Below, piece by piece: positions 17,600-26,533 of a stretch of DNA of 64,000 bases. Under the pieces are notes generated by a model, which did no database searches, was not told the origin of the DNA, and was given only the letters and a program-made list of their open reading frames with translations. The number at the start of each line of letters is the position of its first letter. Positions within the stretch are counted from its first letter, which is position 1. Where the stretch lies: positions 1 to 64,000 of the IMG/VR virus record IMGVR_UViG_3300042922_000707. One strand, written 5' to 3'. The DNA comes from a virus. The position numbers were made by a program, and so were the translations under genes.

Positions 17600-18217
17600 T
17601 TAAAAATTATCTGCTGTGCATAACTGACTTGCTAGAAAAGGCTTAACCTTTCTCCATAGTAGACTAATGTATGCTCTGCTGTACCCTAGTAGCCTGGCAA
17701 TCTCTGCGTCTGGCATTTCCGGGCTTTCCATTTTATACTTAACAATGCCCATAGTTATATCATCAAAGCCGTTGTGTTTTAGCATCATCTCAATTTCAAC
17801 TCTTTCAAATCCATCCTCTTCATTACATTGGAATTTTATAAATGCACTTCCTTCTTCCGAAGTACTTTCACCTTCACCGCATATACTAAATTCGTAACTG
17901 AAGCAATTTGAGTAGTTATTTGCCTTCTCATTGTCGTTTGTACTTCTTCTGCACAAGTTCTTTATCATGTTCTGTGTATGTGCATAGTACAATGTCGTAA
18001 ATTTACCCTTCTCCGGATTATAGTTTCTTAATGCCTCCCAACACCAGATACTGCATAGCTGTCTTTTCTCCTCAATTTCTCTCCCGTCCATGAGTCCCAC
18101 CTTTTGGTACCATTTGTAGGAAGCATCCTCAATTATTTTCTTACAGCCAATTATGAAGTCCTCTTCACCCATTTCACCATTTTTAACCATTAATGCCATT
18201 TCTTGAACATTGTTCAT
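17600..18217 (-). CDS. Phage sigma-70-family sigma factor (regions 2 and 4)
   Basis: WEALRNYNPEKGKFTTLYY region 2; C-terminal HTH DAEIARLLGYSRAYIS. Confidence 0.8.
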   Translation of the reverse strand: MNNVQEMALMVKNGEMGEEDFIIGCKKIIEDASYKWYQKVGLMDGREIEEKRQLCSIWCWEALRNYNPEKGKFTTLYYAHTQNMIKNLCRRSTNDNEKANNYSNCFSYEFSICGEGESTSEEGSAFIKFQCNEEDGFERVEIEMMLKHNGFDDITMGIVKYKMESPEMPDAEIARLLGYSRAYISLLWRKVKPFLASQLCTADNF

Positions 18218-18622
18218 TTGTAAATCCTCCTAGTTTAGTTTAGTTTGTTATATCAAATCACACTTGTAGCGTGAATGTTGAAATTTTACCCAAAAATATC
18301 ACCCATTTAATAATTCTCTGTCTAATATTACGCACCAAGCCAATTATCAAATGGGCTAAATTTTAATAGTTCAATTCTTAGTACTATAAGTAGGGTGCTT
18401 GCCGTCTATGTAATTTCATTATGTATTAACTTTACAATATTATTATACAACATTATTTTACATATTACAACAAATTTTTACTTATTTTTAAAAATTATGT
18501 ATAATTTAAAAGTTATTTGCAAAAATAAGTAATTTACACATATTGCCCTAATATGAGTTCCTTGATAAACTATTATATTCATTTGTCAATGTTCTTTTCT
18601 AAATAGTGCCTGCTAGTGCCTG

Positions 18623-18832
18623 CTACCATTGTCGCTGTTCCTTTATAAAATTAACCTGCTCGAATTCCATACAGCCACAGTCAACTGTGAACCCATCGTT
18701 TATGGACACATACTGTTCTACCAGAGCTTTTGCCTTATCCACAGCCTCTTCCTTGGTGTCTCCCTCTGCAACAACACTGACGCCAAGTTTGTAACTCATT
18801 TCCACATCCCATTTATTTTTCATACCTAGCAC
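18623..18832 (-). CDS. Hypothetical protein
   Basis: VAEGDTKEEAVDKAK pattern, RBS present. Confidence 0.55.
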   Translation of the reverse strand: MLGMKNKWDVEMSYKLGVSVVAEGDTKEEAVDKAKALVEQYVSINDGFTVDCGCMEFEQVNFIKEQRQW

Positions 18833-18839
18833 CTCCCCG

Positions 18840-19889
18840 CTACAAGAATTTCAATACTTCAACACCTTTTCCATTTTTAACTACATCGTTCATGTCCTTC
18901 GCCCAGTCAGGGTACTTAATTAAATTTAATCTAAATGTACTTGAGTAATTGTCTATTATTCTAGCAGTTTCTTTTTGTCCATAGTCATCATTATCCAAGC
19001 CCAAGTTTATATTCTTCACACCCATTGTGGCAAGTACTTTAGCCTGCTCCTTAAAAAATATCCTACCTCCTATCCCGGTAGTAGGCATTCTCAATGTCCA
19101 CCCACTTGCAACATCTATTTCACCTTCAACAAGAGTAATTCCATTCTTCTGTATCATGTCCGACATCCATTTCTTTGGTGTAGCAACATAGTCCCTATAA
19201 ATGTAGTAGGCTCCGAACATCAAATGTTTCTTTGGTATATCCTTTACATTAGTATATCTTACATCATTATAGGAAGTGATTGGACGTTTTTTAATAAAGA
19301 AAATATTTCCCTTTAAGTCTCTCATAGGAAATACAACGCTGTTGGTTGATTTATCATACCCTATCTCTAGATAGTCCTGCATTTTTTGTGGTATAAATCT
19401 AACCTCTTCCATGTAAGGATGCACATACTCATAGTATTGCTCCAAGTCGCTTTCCGGAACGAATCTATCAAATCTTTCACTCGTTCTAGATTGACCAAGT
19501 CCCAATCCAGGTCGTTCACCCTGCACCGCTAAATTGAACTTCTTTAGTAGCCACTTGTAACCCAGTTCTGGCTTAGGGGGAACAACAATTCCACCGGAGG
19601 AATCCCTTTTAACACCCAAGTCCAGGCATTTTGCAACAAACATTGGTAAATTGTCTCCATGTTCCCCACATGTGAAACAGTTATACTGACCATCATCAAC
19701 ACGAACACCCATACTGGGTTTTCTCTCCTGCCCATCCTTGTGAAATGGGCACTTTACCATCAAGTTACTACCGCTCTCTACTGGCCTACCAAAGTATTCT
19801 CTGCCATGCAGTTCTTCCATTTCTTGGGCCAATAAGTGCAATACTACTTCCAACTCAACAATGAGGGGCGTATCCCATACAACGAGCAT
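18840..19889 (-). CDS. dnaG: DNA primase (CHC2 Zn finger + TOPRIM)
   Basis: CPFH..ERKPS..CFTC; LVEGEID; LDNDDYG; KDMND. Confidence 0.92.
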   Translation of the reverse strand: MLVVWDTPLIVELEVVLHLLAQEMEELHGREYFGRPVESGSNLMVKCPFHKDGQERKPSMGVRVDDGQYNCFTCGEHGDNLPMFVAKCLDLGVKRDSSGGIVVPPKPELGYKWLLKKFNLAVQGERPGLGLGQSRTSERFDRFVPESDLEQYYEYVHPYMEEVRFIPQKMQDYLEIGYDKSTNSVVFPMRDLKGNIFFIKKRPITSYNDVRYTNVKDIPKKHLMFGAYYIYRDYVATPKKWMSDMIQKNGITLVEGEIDVASGWTLRMPTTGIGGRIFFKEQAKVLATMGVKNINLGLDNDDYGQKETARIIDNYSSTFRLNLIKYPDWAKDMNDVVKNGKGVEVLKFL

Positions 19890-20116
19890 TATTTATCACC
19901 ACCCAATACAGTTTTAAGTCTCTCATTGTGCTTAACTGCAAATGAATTCAATTGCTCTTCATTGAAATTAAAATCTTCCTTAAGTGTTTCCAAACTTGCT
20001 AATAGTGATGCCTGTAATACCTGAAGTCTATTTTGAACTACAAACTCGGAAAACTCCTTAGAGTTATTCGCCAGCTTTCCAGCCCTTCTTCTTTCCTGTC
20101 TATTCAATTTTTTCAC
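19889..20116 (-). CDS. Hypothetical protein
   Basis: NRQERRR N-terminus, translationally coupled. Confidence 0.6.
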   Translation of the reverse strand: MKKLNRQERRRAGKLANNSKEFSEFVVQNRLQVLQASLLASLETLKEDFNFNEEQLNSFAVKHNERLKTVLGGDK

Positions 20117-20603
20117 CCCCTTTCTTTACTCTATACTCGCATTCAGTAGCCTCACAGTCAAATGGCTCCAAATCCAGTTGTCTAAATATTTCTCTTAGTA
20201 CGCATTCATCACAGTTTACCACGTTACACGGATTGCACCAGTCCATCGCACGTTGTGCCAGTTCGTCAATTGCATCCCTTGACACTTTAATAAGTTCATT
20301 TGATAGTACTTCTTTCTCAAATCTATCCTTCTTTAATTTTGCTTCTGACTTAGGTAAGCAGAATAGGTCTGTTGCTTTCATATCCCTAATTAAGCGTTGC
20401 CTTAAATTTCCATCTATCCTACCCATTATTGAGTCTGTTACTTTCAACGCAAGTGTTATTGAGGTTTTGATATACTTTCTCTCTTCCGCTGTCAAGTTAC
20501 CTCTCTCATCCCAGTCCTTTAAAAATTGTTCCTGCATTGTACCAATTAAACAGTAAAGCATTACTACATCCTTACGCTCGGACTCGTTAAGGAAAGTTTT
20601 CAT
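20100..20603 (-). CDS. Hypothetical protein with C-terminal Cys cluster (DUF5651-like)
   Basis: CNPC..CDEC..C..CEY. Confidence 0.6.
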   Translation of the reverse strand: MKTFLNESERKDVVMLYCLIGTMQEQFLKDWDERGNLTAEERKYIKTSITLALKVTDSIMGRIDGNLRQRLIRDMKATDLFCLPKSEAKLKKDRFEKEVLSNELIKVSRDAIDELAQRAMDWCNPCNVVNCDECVLREIFRQLDLEPFDCEATECEYRVKKGGEKIE

Positions 20604-20618
20604 ATGTTATCACCTCCA

Positions 20619-21992
20619 CTAAAATATGTACTCACTTGTCTGTATTACTTTGTTTTCTTTCTTATCCTTGGAACCTCGCTTTGCCTGTGGTTGCTCGTCT
20701 TCCTCCTCTTCCGGTCTGTCGAAAAGATTTATAAAGCCCCTATCTATGTCCCACACAAATTCCTGCTTTCCACCAATGCCGTATCTATTCTTCGGAACAT
20801 TTATCATAACTATGTTTCCTTTTCTTGCAAATGTAACAACACGGGTGGCATCCTCACCTGCACTGTTACTCTCCATGAACTGGTGAGTCTCTGGTGCATC
20901 TATCTGGTCACTGCCATTCTTTTTGTTCTTGTCCCTACCCTTTGCCCAGTCTCTTCCTATCTGACCCGTAACTAATATAGGTATTCTCTTTTTGCTGGAC
21001 AGTCTGTAAAAGTTTCTAGTAAGGAATATATACCTCTCTCTTATTGTTCCAAACTTCTTAACTGTACCTATTAAGGAAAGTTGGTCAATGCCAACAATAT
21101 CTGGCTTAATAATATCAATTAAATTCTCAATGTCCTCAAAAGTACATTGAGCGTTGTCCTCATTTGTGTAAACCATAAAATCTGGATTGTCTTCATCCTT
21201 AAGCTCTTCAAGATACTTAATATAGTCGTCCTTTGATAAATCAATTGGTACTATTCTACCCCCAACACTTTTATCAACTTTTCCGAGCTCTGTATTACCT
21301 TTCATAAGCCCAAGGTTACTAAAATTTCCATTCCATGTATCAAAACGGAAACCCACAAGGACTTTGCCCATCTCTCTACTTATTAAAAGTACTTTCTTTT
21401 TTGACCTACCCCATGCCGCCCACAAAAGGAATAAAAGCAGCCATGACTTACCTTCACCAAGGTAACCACCAAGCATTACAAAGTCTTCTTCTTGCCAACC
21501 GTTAGTCAGGTCATCCAACCATTCCAAACCAGTGGGTATCCCTGTCAGACCCTTCATTTCCATTCTTTTCAAATAGTCATCTTTTCTAACATCTGTGTCT
21601 TTCGCTAAATTGTGACCCACATGCCTAAAGTCAAGCGTTTCTGCAATTTCCCTTAGTTGTGCCCTTAGGAAGTCAACGGCGTCAAAACTATCCTCTCTTA
21701 GCTTTTCGTCACCTTCTTTAAGTATTGGAACTATTTTATTATAGACATACTGCTCTCGTAGTGAATTTACTAAATATTCCTCCGACTCACCTACCTTAAA
21801 CACCTCAAAATCAGGGTATTTTGCAAGGAACGTGTGTATATCAGGAACCTGTCCTACTTTTCTCCAATGCGTATGTATAAATTCAAATTCTTCTTTACAA
21901 AATTCAAAATAAGTTTCATTTATTTTGTTTCTCTGTATTATACCAATATCTTTCTGCTCCAAAATGTGATTAATTATTTGATACTCTACCAA
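20619..21992 (-). CDS. dnaB: Replicative DnaB-like helicase
   Basis: GIPTG..LD..TNG, GYLGEGKS, SREM, IDQLSL, KNRYG. Start moved to TTG 21992 after GGGAGG. Confidence 0.92.
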   Translation of the reverse strand: MVEYQIINHILEQKDIGIIQRNKINETYFEFCKEEFEFIHTHWRKVGQVPDIHTFLAKYPDFEVFKVGESEEYLVNSLREQYVYNKIVPILKEGDEKLREDSFDAVDFLRAQLREIAETLDFRHVGHNLAKDTDVRKDDYLKRMEMKGLTGIPTGLEWLDDLTNGWQEEDFVMLGGYLGEGKSWLLLFLLWAAWGRSKKKVLLISREMGKVLVGFRFDTWNGNFSNLGLMKGNTELGKVDKSVGGRIVPIDLSKDDYIKYLEELKDEDNPDFMVYTNEDNAQCTFEDIENLIDIIKPDIVGIDQLSLIGTVKKFGTIRERYIFLTRNFYRLSSKKRIPILVTGQIGRDWAKGRDKNKKNGSDQIDAPETHQFMESNSAGEDATRVVTFARKGNIVMINVPKNRYGIGGKQEFVWDIDRGFINLFDRPEEEEDEQPQAKRGSKDKKENKVIQTSEYIF

Positions 21993-22014
21993 GTCAATGA
22001 CCTCCCTACAATAT

Positions 22015-22044
22015 AGTATAAACGAACTCAACTACTTTTGTATT
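22015..22044 (-). promoter_or_regulatory. Degenerate 18-bp-spacer promoter upstream of helicase
   Basis: AATACA-N18-TATACT. Confidence 0.5.
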
Positions 22045-22093
22045 ATGCAAAATATACTGTACCTTTGCATTGTGTTTAATGCTACTGGTACGC

Positions 22094-22146
22094 CTTTAAT
22101 TCTGCCCATGTAATACCATTTCGTGTTACAGGTATAAAGTTACAAC
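22094..22146 (+). repeat. Dispersed intergenic element copy 2
   Basis: CTTTAATTCTGCCCAT core; distal box inverted (GGTATAAAGTTACAAC). Confidence 0.6.
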
Positions 22147-22162
22147 CCCAATTTACAGCCCG

Positions 22163-22882
22163 CTAAAAGCTCGAACGTAAGTCGGAGGACCTAACTTCAT
22201 AGCACTCACACCCATTTACTATTCTGCTGTGCAACCTACTACCCAACACACCCTGCAATTTCTGTGGCGGTAGGTTACCAGTTAATATAAGTCCCCTGTC
22301 ATTTGACAATGCAGAGTCTACAATATTAAAAAGTAAATCTAAGGTAGTTTTAGTCTGACCGTCAAACCCAATGTCATCAATCATTACTAAGTGGCTCTTA
22401 TAAATGTTGTTATTTATTAATTCCAAAAAGTCGGACTTGTTTGAAAACCTAGCTTTATAAGTCTCTGCATATTGGCTGAATGGAACAAACAGCACAGGAG
22501 TAAATTCATTCTCAACGTACTCCATTATCCTATACTCATTAATCATCCTTCTAAGGAAGTCGTTTAGCAGTACCAAGCCAAGTGAAGTTTTGCCCGAACC
22601 TACGTTTCCATATAGGTATATGCCCTTTGTATAGTTAGCGTCGGATGTCAATCTCTTTATGTGCTCTACACCAAGGTCCACATCCTCCCTCACAATTTTG
22701 GATAAATCCTCTGGAACCCAATCCCTATACTTCTTAGGGACATTGTTTATTCCATAAATGTACTCTGTTTTATAGTAAACAGCACAGCCATCGTTGCACT
22801 GCCCTCTTCTGCACGTTCTGGAAACAGTGCATTTATTCCTATCAAATACAAAGTCCTGTTCATCAAAACTCGTAAACTTCAT
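22163..22882 (-). CDS. dnaC: DnaC/IstB-like helicase loader ATPase
   Basis: YLYGNVGSGKT, VMIDDIG, ILTGN, RLHSRI; between initiator and helicase. Confidence 0.85.
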   Translation of the reverse strand: MKFTSFDEQDFVFDRNKCTVSRTCRRGQCNDGCAVYYKTEYIYGINNVPKKYRDWVPEDLSKIVREDVDLGVEHIKRLTSDANYTKGIYLYGNVGSGKTSLGLVLLNDFLRRMINEYRIMEYVENEFTPVLFVPFSQYAETYKARFSNKSDFLELINNNIYKSHLVMIDDIGFDGQTKTTLDLLFNIVDSALSNDRGLILTGNLPPQKLQGVLGSRLHSRIVNGCECYEVRSSDLRSSF

Positions 22883-24495
22883 TATACCAAGCCTCCTATC
22901 CTTATATCTGTCCCGATACCATACACTTTCTCATGTATAGCCTTTTGTATTTCATCGTATTCCTCATTTGCAGGTATCATAACATTTTCTACATAGTCCT
23001 CTAAATACATAAAGTCCTGTGAAGATATTTTATCCTTAACCTCATCTGTAAGATATCCATTAACAAACCACCTACTTATGTACCTACCAAAACTTGGTAT
23101 ATCGTCATCCTCAAAGTAGTCATTTGGAACCCATTTGATACGCCTCATATAATTTCTATCTTCTTTTCCATCAATAAGCCCGTACTTCTTTAGCCACTTG
23201 GGTTTCTCATGTTTCCACAACTCCATCAACTCAGGGAGCTTATCTCTATAGTCACTATCTTCTTTGTATACAACACTGCCTGACCCTGCCACAGTAGGAA
23301 CTCCTGAATACTCGGACAAGTTTATTATCTGTTTTAAAATACTACCCTTATTATTTAATAGTAAATGAGCATAGATTGGATTTGGATAGCTTTCTAAGTC
23401 TAGTCCCTTTATCTTACCTTCACGGTAAGTCTCTAAAAATACATCAACCACCTTTGCCAGCTGTTCCATTGTTAATCCATAGGAACCATTCTGCTCATAC
23501 AGTAGTTTAAATGTTCTGAAACTCCTTTCGCTTACCTTACATGCGGTGCCATAAATTTCCTTTAGTCGATGCTCATAGTATAAACATAACTCATCCACAT
23601 TGAAATTCTTAAATTCCTTTTTACTTAATTTATCTAAAAACTCTTGAGAAATTTTATCCTTCTTTTCTTGATGCTCTTTTTTCTTTTTCTGCTCTTTTAA
23701 ACTTTTGGCTTCCTTATAGGACAAAGGTTTATCAAAGTCCTCTTTTTTGATGTCTGTATTTAGAAGGTGAGTAAAAAATGATTTAGACTGAAAATGCGTA
23801 GCATTATTATTTTTTATATTTGTATTTTTTATATTTGTATGTTTCTGTGTGCGAGTTTCCGCATACGGTGGTGTGCGAGTTTCCGCACACGGGGGTGTGC
23901 AATTTCCCGTAACTTCCTTATTTCCTAAGTACTCATCCAGCTCTTCCTTATCCTCAATACCACGTAAGCTATCAAAATACTCAATAAATTCATTTCTTTC
24001 TTTTAGCATTTCTTCATAATCTATCTCACTGTCTATGCCATTGTACCGCATAATTTCTTCTTTAGATAAACATTTCCATAAATCAAGGAAGTATAAAGTA
24101 GCCTCATTTATATGTAGGTCAAAGAATTTATTTATGTATTCTATGCTGTCATAGTAATCAATAATGCTCCTGTTTGAAATTCTGTAGATGTACCCCTTTT
24201 CCTCAATTCCTAATATCTTATCAAAAACCTGTCTTCTAGATATACCTAAATCACTTGCTATAGTTTCAACCCTTGGAAAAACAAAACCCTTGTAGCCAAC
24301 TCCAGAATTTTTAAAATTGTATGATATCAAATAAGCTATAACAAGCCTTTCATCTAATTTAAGTGCCTGGTCGGTCAATAGACTATTGGGTATAACTGTA
24401 ACTCCATCACATCTTCCCATAAAATTATGGTTTATCCAATACCCCTTGACACTTGCTTTAAGCGACAATTCTGCGGTATTTTTGAAGTAGTTCAT
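22882..24495 (-). CDS. Replication initiator-like protein with N-terminal winged HTH
   Basis: FPRVETIASDLGISRRQV..LEEKGYI; central repeat/AT-rich linker; start moved to ATG 24495 (AAGGAGG). Confidence 0.75.
   Translation of the reverse strand: MNYFKNTAELSLKASVKGYWINHNFMGRCDGVTVIPNSLLTDQALKLDERLVIAYLISYNFKNSGVGYKGFVFPRVETIASDLGISRRQVFDKILGIEEKGYIYRISNRSIIDYYDSIEYINKFFDLHINEATLYFLDLWKCLSKEEIMRYNGIDSEIDYEEMLKERNEFIEYFDSLRGIEDKEELDEYLGNKEVTGNCTPPCAETRTPPYAETRTQKHTNIKNTNIKNNNATHFQSKSFFTHLLNTDIKKEDFDKPLSYKEAKSLKEQKKKKEHQEKKDKISQEFLDKLSKKEFKNFNVDELCLYYEHRLKEIYGTACKVSERSFRTFKLLYEQNGSYGLTMEQLAKVVDVFLETYREGKIKGLDLESYPNPIYAHLLLNNKGSILKQIINLSEYSGVPTVAGSGSVVYKEDSDYRDKLPELMELWKHEKPKWLKKYGLIDGKEDRNYMRRIKWVPNDYFEDDDIPSFGRYISRWFVNGYLTDEVKDKISSQDFMYLEDYVENVMIPANEEYDEIQKAIHEKVYGIGTDIRIGGLV
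23800..23910. repeat. Iteron-like 24-bp repeats plus AT-rich tract (candidate origin)
   Basis: GTGTGCGAGTTTCCGCA(T/C)ACGG twice plus a degenerate third copy, next to TTTTTTATATTTGTAT repeats. Confidence 0.7.
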
Positions 24496-25012
24496 ATGCC
24501 TCCTCCTTATCCTTTGCGTCAATTATTATACTAAGTTGTGTATTGGATAATTCAGTTATTAGTACCGGGTAATCAAAATATGCGTGGGATAATGTTATGC
24601 CCTGTAACTCCTTAACCATACTAAAGAAGTCCCTCCAGTTGCCCATATAATTATCACACACCTTTAGCCAATCAAGTTCATAGAAGTCAAAGTAATGAGC
24701 AATTCCCATCAAGTAGCAGTACAACTTCAATTGCTCTGAACTAAGTTTCATTGCCAGTTCTATGGGAAGGTGTAACAAATTGCCCTTAGTGAACTCTTCA
24801 CATTCTAAAAATGACTTGTAGTTTTCTGGCTCTGGTAACTCTCTTTTGCCAAAATTTAAGTGCATTGGACTACAGAAATCCACTATATGTATGTCTATTT
24901 TTATAAACTTTTTTGTCCTGTCATATATCATCTCTTGTTCCAATTTGGATATTTTTCTAAGTATGTGGTGAGACAATTCCGTACCATATAACTCAATGCC
25001 ATCTAACTTCAT
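24458..25012 (-). CDS. Hypothetical protein, possible degenerate winged-helix
   Basis: LPIELAMKLSSEQLKLYCYL resembles initiator N-terminus. Confidence 0.55.
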   Translation of the reverse strand: MKLDGIELYGTELSHHILRKISKLEQEMIYDRTKKFIKIDIHIVDFCSPMHLNFGKRELPEPENYKSFLECEEFTKGNLLHLPIELAMKLSSEQLKLYCYLMGIAHYFDFYELDWLKVCDNYMGNWRDFFSMVKELQGITLSHAYFDYPVLITELSNTQLSIIIDAKDKEEAYELLQKYRRIVA

Positions 25013-25058
25013 ATTATCCTCCTTTGCATGATAAAAATTAGCTGTAAATCAGCTAATT

Positions 25059-25268
25059 TTAGTCTTTGGCATATTCCATTATAACTCTTTCCACTTCCCT
25101 ACTACATGCATTCCATCCCTGTTCCCAAACCTTGTCAATTTCCTCTTTTGTTTCATCACCTGTTAATACTAATTCCACCTCTGCAGATGGCTTTATGTAC
25201 TGTGTTCCAATTTGAGCTGTAATGCCCAAACCAACCTTAATTCTTCTTAAGCTAGCCATGTCTAACAC
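25059..25268 (-). CDS. Hypothetical protein
   Basis: RBS and own promoter. Confidence 0.6.
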   Translation of the reverse strand: MLDMASLRRIKVGLGITAQIGTQYIKPSAEVELVLTGDETKEEIDKVWEQGWNACSREVERVIMEYAKD

Positions 25269-25294
25269 CTCCTAAACAAATTATTTTGTATTGC

Positions 25295-25324
25295 AGTATA
25301 AAGCCAATCTACCCTTAATGTAAA
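25295..25324 (-). promoter_or_regulatory. Phage 18-bp-spacer promoter
   Basis: TTTACA-N18-TATACT-GCA. Confidence 0.75.
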
Positions 25325-25412
25325 GCGAATTCCTTCCACTCAGGCAAAAATAAATACCGCTATAGGTCGCCAACCCTTAACGGCATTTAATGGGGGTATA
25401 TTAAAATGTATG

Positions 25413-26060
25413 CTATTTTTCTGACTTAGGCCCACTCTTCGGCTTTTTCATCATCAATGCATAAGTTATATTAACTATTGTCGCATCTGCAATGTCGGAC
25501 ATTGTAAGTGAGCCTAACGATACAGCTTCCTTAACAGCGTCCTCATTTGGTATTTCTTTTACCTCAATGCACTTCTTAACGGAATTCCATAAATCATATT
25601 TATCTGAGGCTGGAATTGGAGTTGCACTTGAAAATGCGTCAAGTGCCTGCTCTTCTGTAAAATTGAAATGTTCCATAAGGTATTCTCTTGCTGTCTGCAA
25701 ATCTGAAAATACTTCTCCGTTCATTTCCACACGTACAAGCTCCTCTGCATTTTTATACATAAGGCTAGTAAGTTGAATACCATTTATTTCCTTTTGCACT
25801 TTAAATAAATCCAGCTCGAAATGTCCAAGTCTGCTCTTTAGAACATTAAGTAGCTTTTCCGAGTCAATCTTACTTCTGTCCTGTGCAACTAACTCTAAAT
25901 CCTTTCCCTCATGGGTTACTTTCTTCATTGCTTTTTCCTGCATGTAGGGCTTTATTTCGGATTTTATTGTTTCCAGTTCCTTTGTATACTTGTCCACAAT
26001 TGCGTGAATTTCTGCATACCGCTTTACTTTCTCATTAAACTGAATTTCATTTTCTATCAT
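25413..26060 (-). CDS. Hypothetical protein (N-terminal coiled coil, apparent inserted domain)
   Basis: 215-aa ORF with AAGGAGG RBS. Confidence 0.7.
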   Translation of the reverse strand: MIENEIQFNEKVKRYAEIHAIVDKYTKELETIKSEIKPYMQEKAMKKVTHEGKDLELVAQDRSKIDSEKLLNVLKSRLGHFELDLFKVQKEINGIQLTSLMYKNAEELVRVEMNGEVFSDLQTAREYLMEHFNFTEEQALDAFSSATPIPASDKYDLWNSVKKCIEVKEIPNEDAVKEAVSLGSLTMSDIADATIVNITYALMMKKPKSGPKSEK

Positions 26061-26088
26061 TTAATACTGCCTCCTTGTTGTTTAGTAC

Positions 26089-26118
26089 ATTATAAAACAA
26101 CTCAAGGGTTATTGTAAA
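26089..26118 (-). promoter_or_regulatory. Phage 18-bp-spacer promoter
   Basis: TTTACA-N18-TATAAT-GTA. Confidence 0.75.
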
Positions 26119-26128
26119 CGGAAGTAAC

Positions 26129-26446
26129 TTAATCGGGTTGGTTTTTATAATTAGGTAAATGTTTACCTCTGTCACCCCACTCAGCTCGATTAAAGTATGC
26201 AAGTTCTCCGTATTTGTCTTTATCCTTATACTTCTCTATTTCTTCTATTTGAGCGTCATTCCAATATCTTATACCACGTGTCCCGGGTCTATAAGATTTC
26301 GGTATGGGCCTTTGTTGCCCTTCTTCCTCCAGCTTGTCTCCGAATTTATCCCAATTTCGTAAAGTGTTGGGATGAACATCAACAATCTTAGCGACTTCAC
26401 TAATTTTTCTGTAGGGCATGCCCTTTATATATATCATGTTATACAC
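26129..26446 (-). CDS. MerR-family HTH DNA-binding protein
   Basis: ISEVAKIVDVHPNTLRNWD..R..RGIRYW. Confidence 0.85.
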   Translation of the reverse strand: MYNMIYIKGMPYRKISEVAKIVDVHPNTLRNWDKFGDKLEEEGQQRPIPKSYRPGTRGIRYWNDAQIEEIEKYKDKDKYGELAYFNRAEWGDRGKHLPNYKNQPD

Positions 26447-26491
26447 CTCCTGTCCAGTGATATTGATTTGTTGTGGCTACACTACAATACT

Positions 26492-26520
26492 ATTATACAA
26501 TATTTCTATACTAATGTAAA
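26492..26520 (-). promoter_or_regulatory. Canonical sigma-A-like promoter for MerR-like gene
   Basis: TTTACA-N17-TATAAT. Confidence 0.7.
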
Positions 26521-26533
26521 GTTTTATTTATTT

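Noticed and set aside
23845-23910. Mini CRISPR array
   Set aside because: Repeats are contiguous, in-frame within a CDS and lack spacers; better read as iterons.
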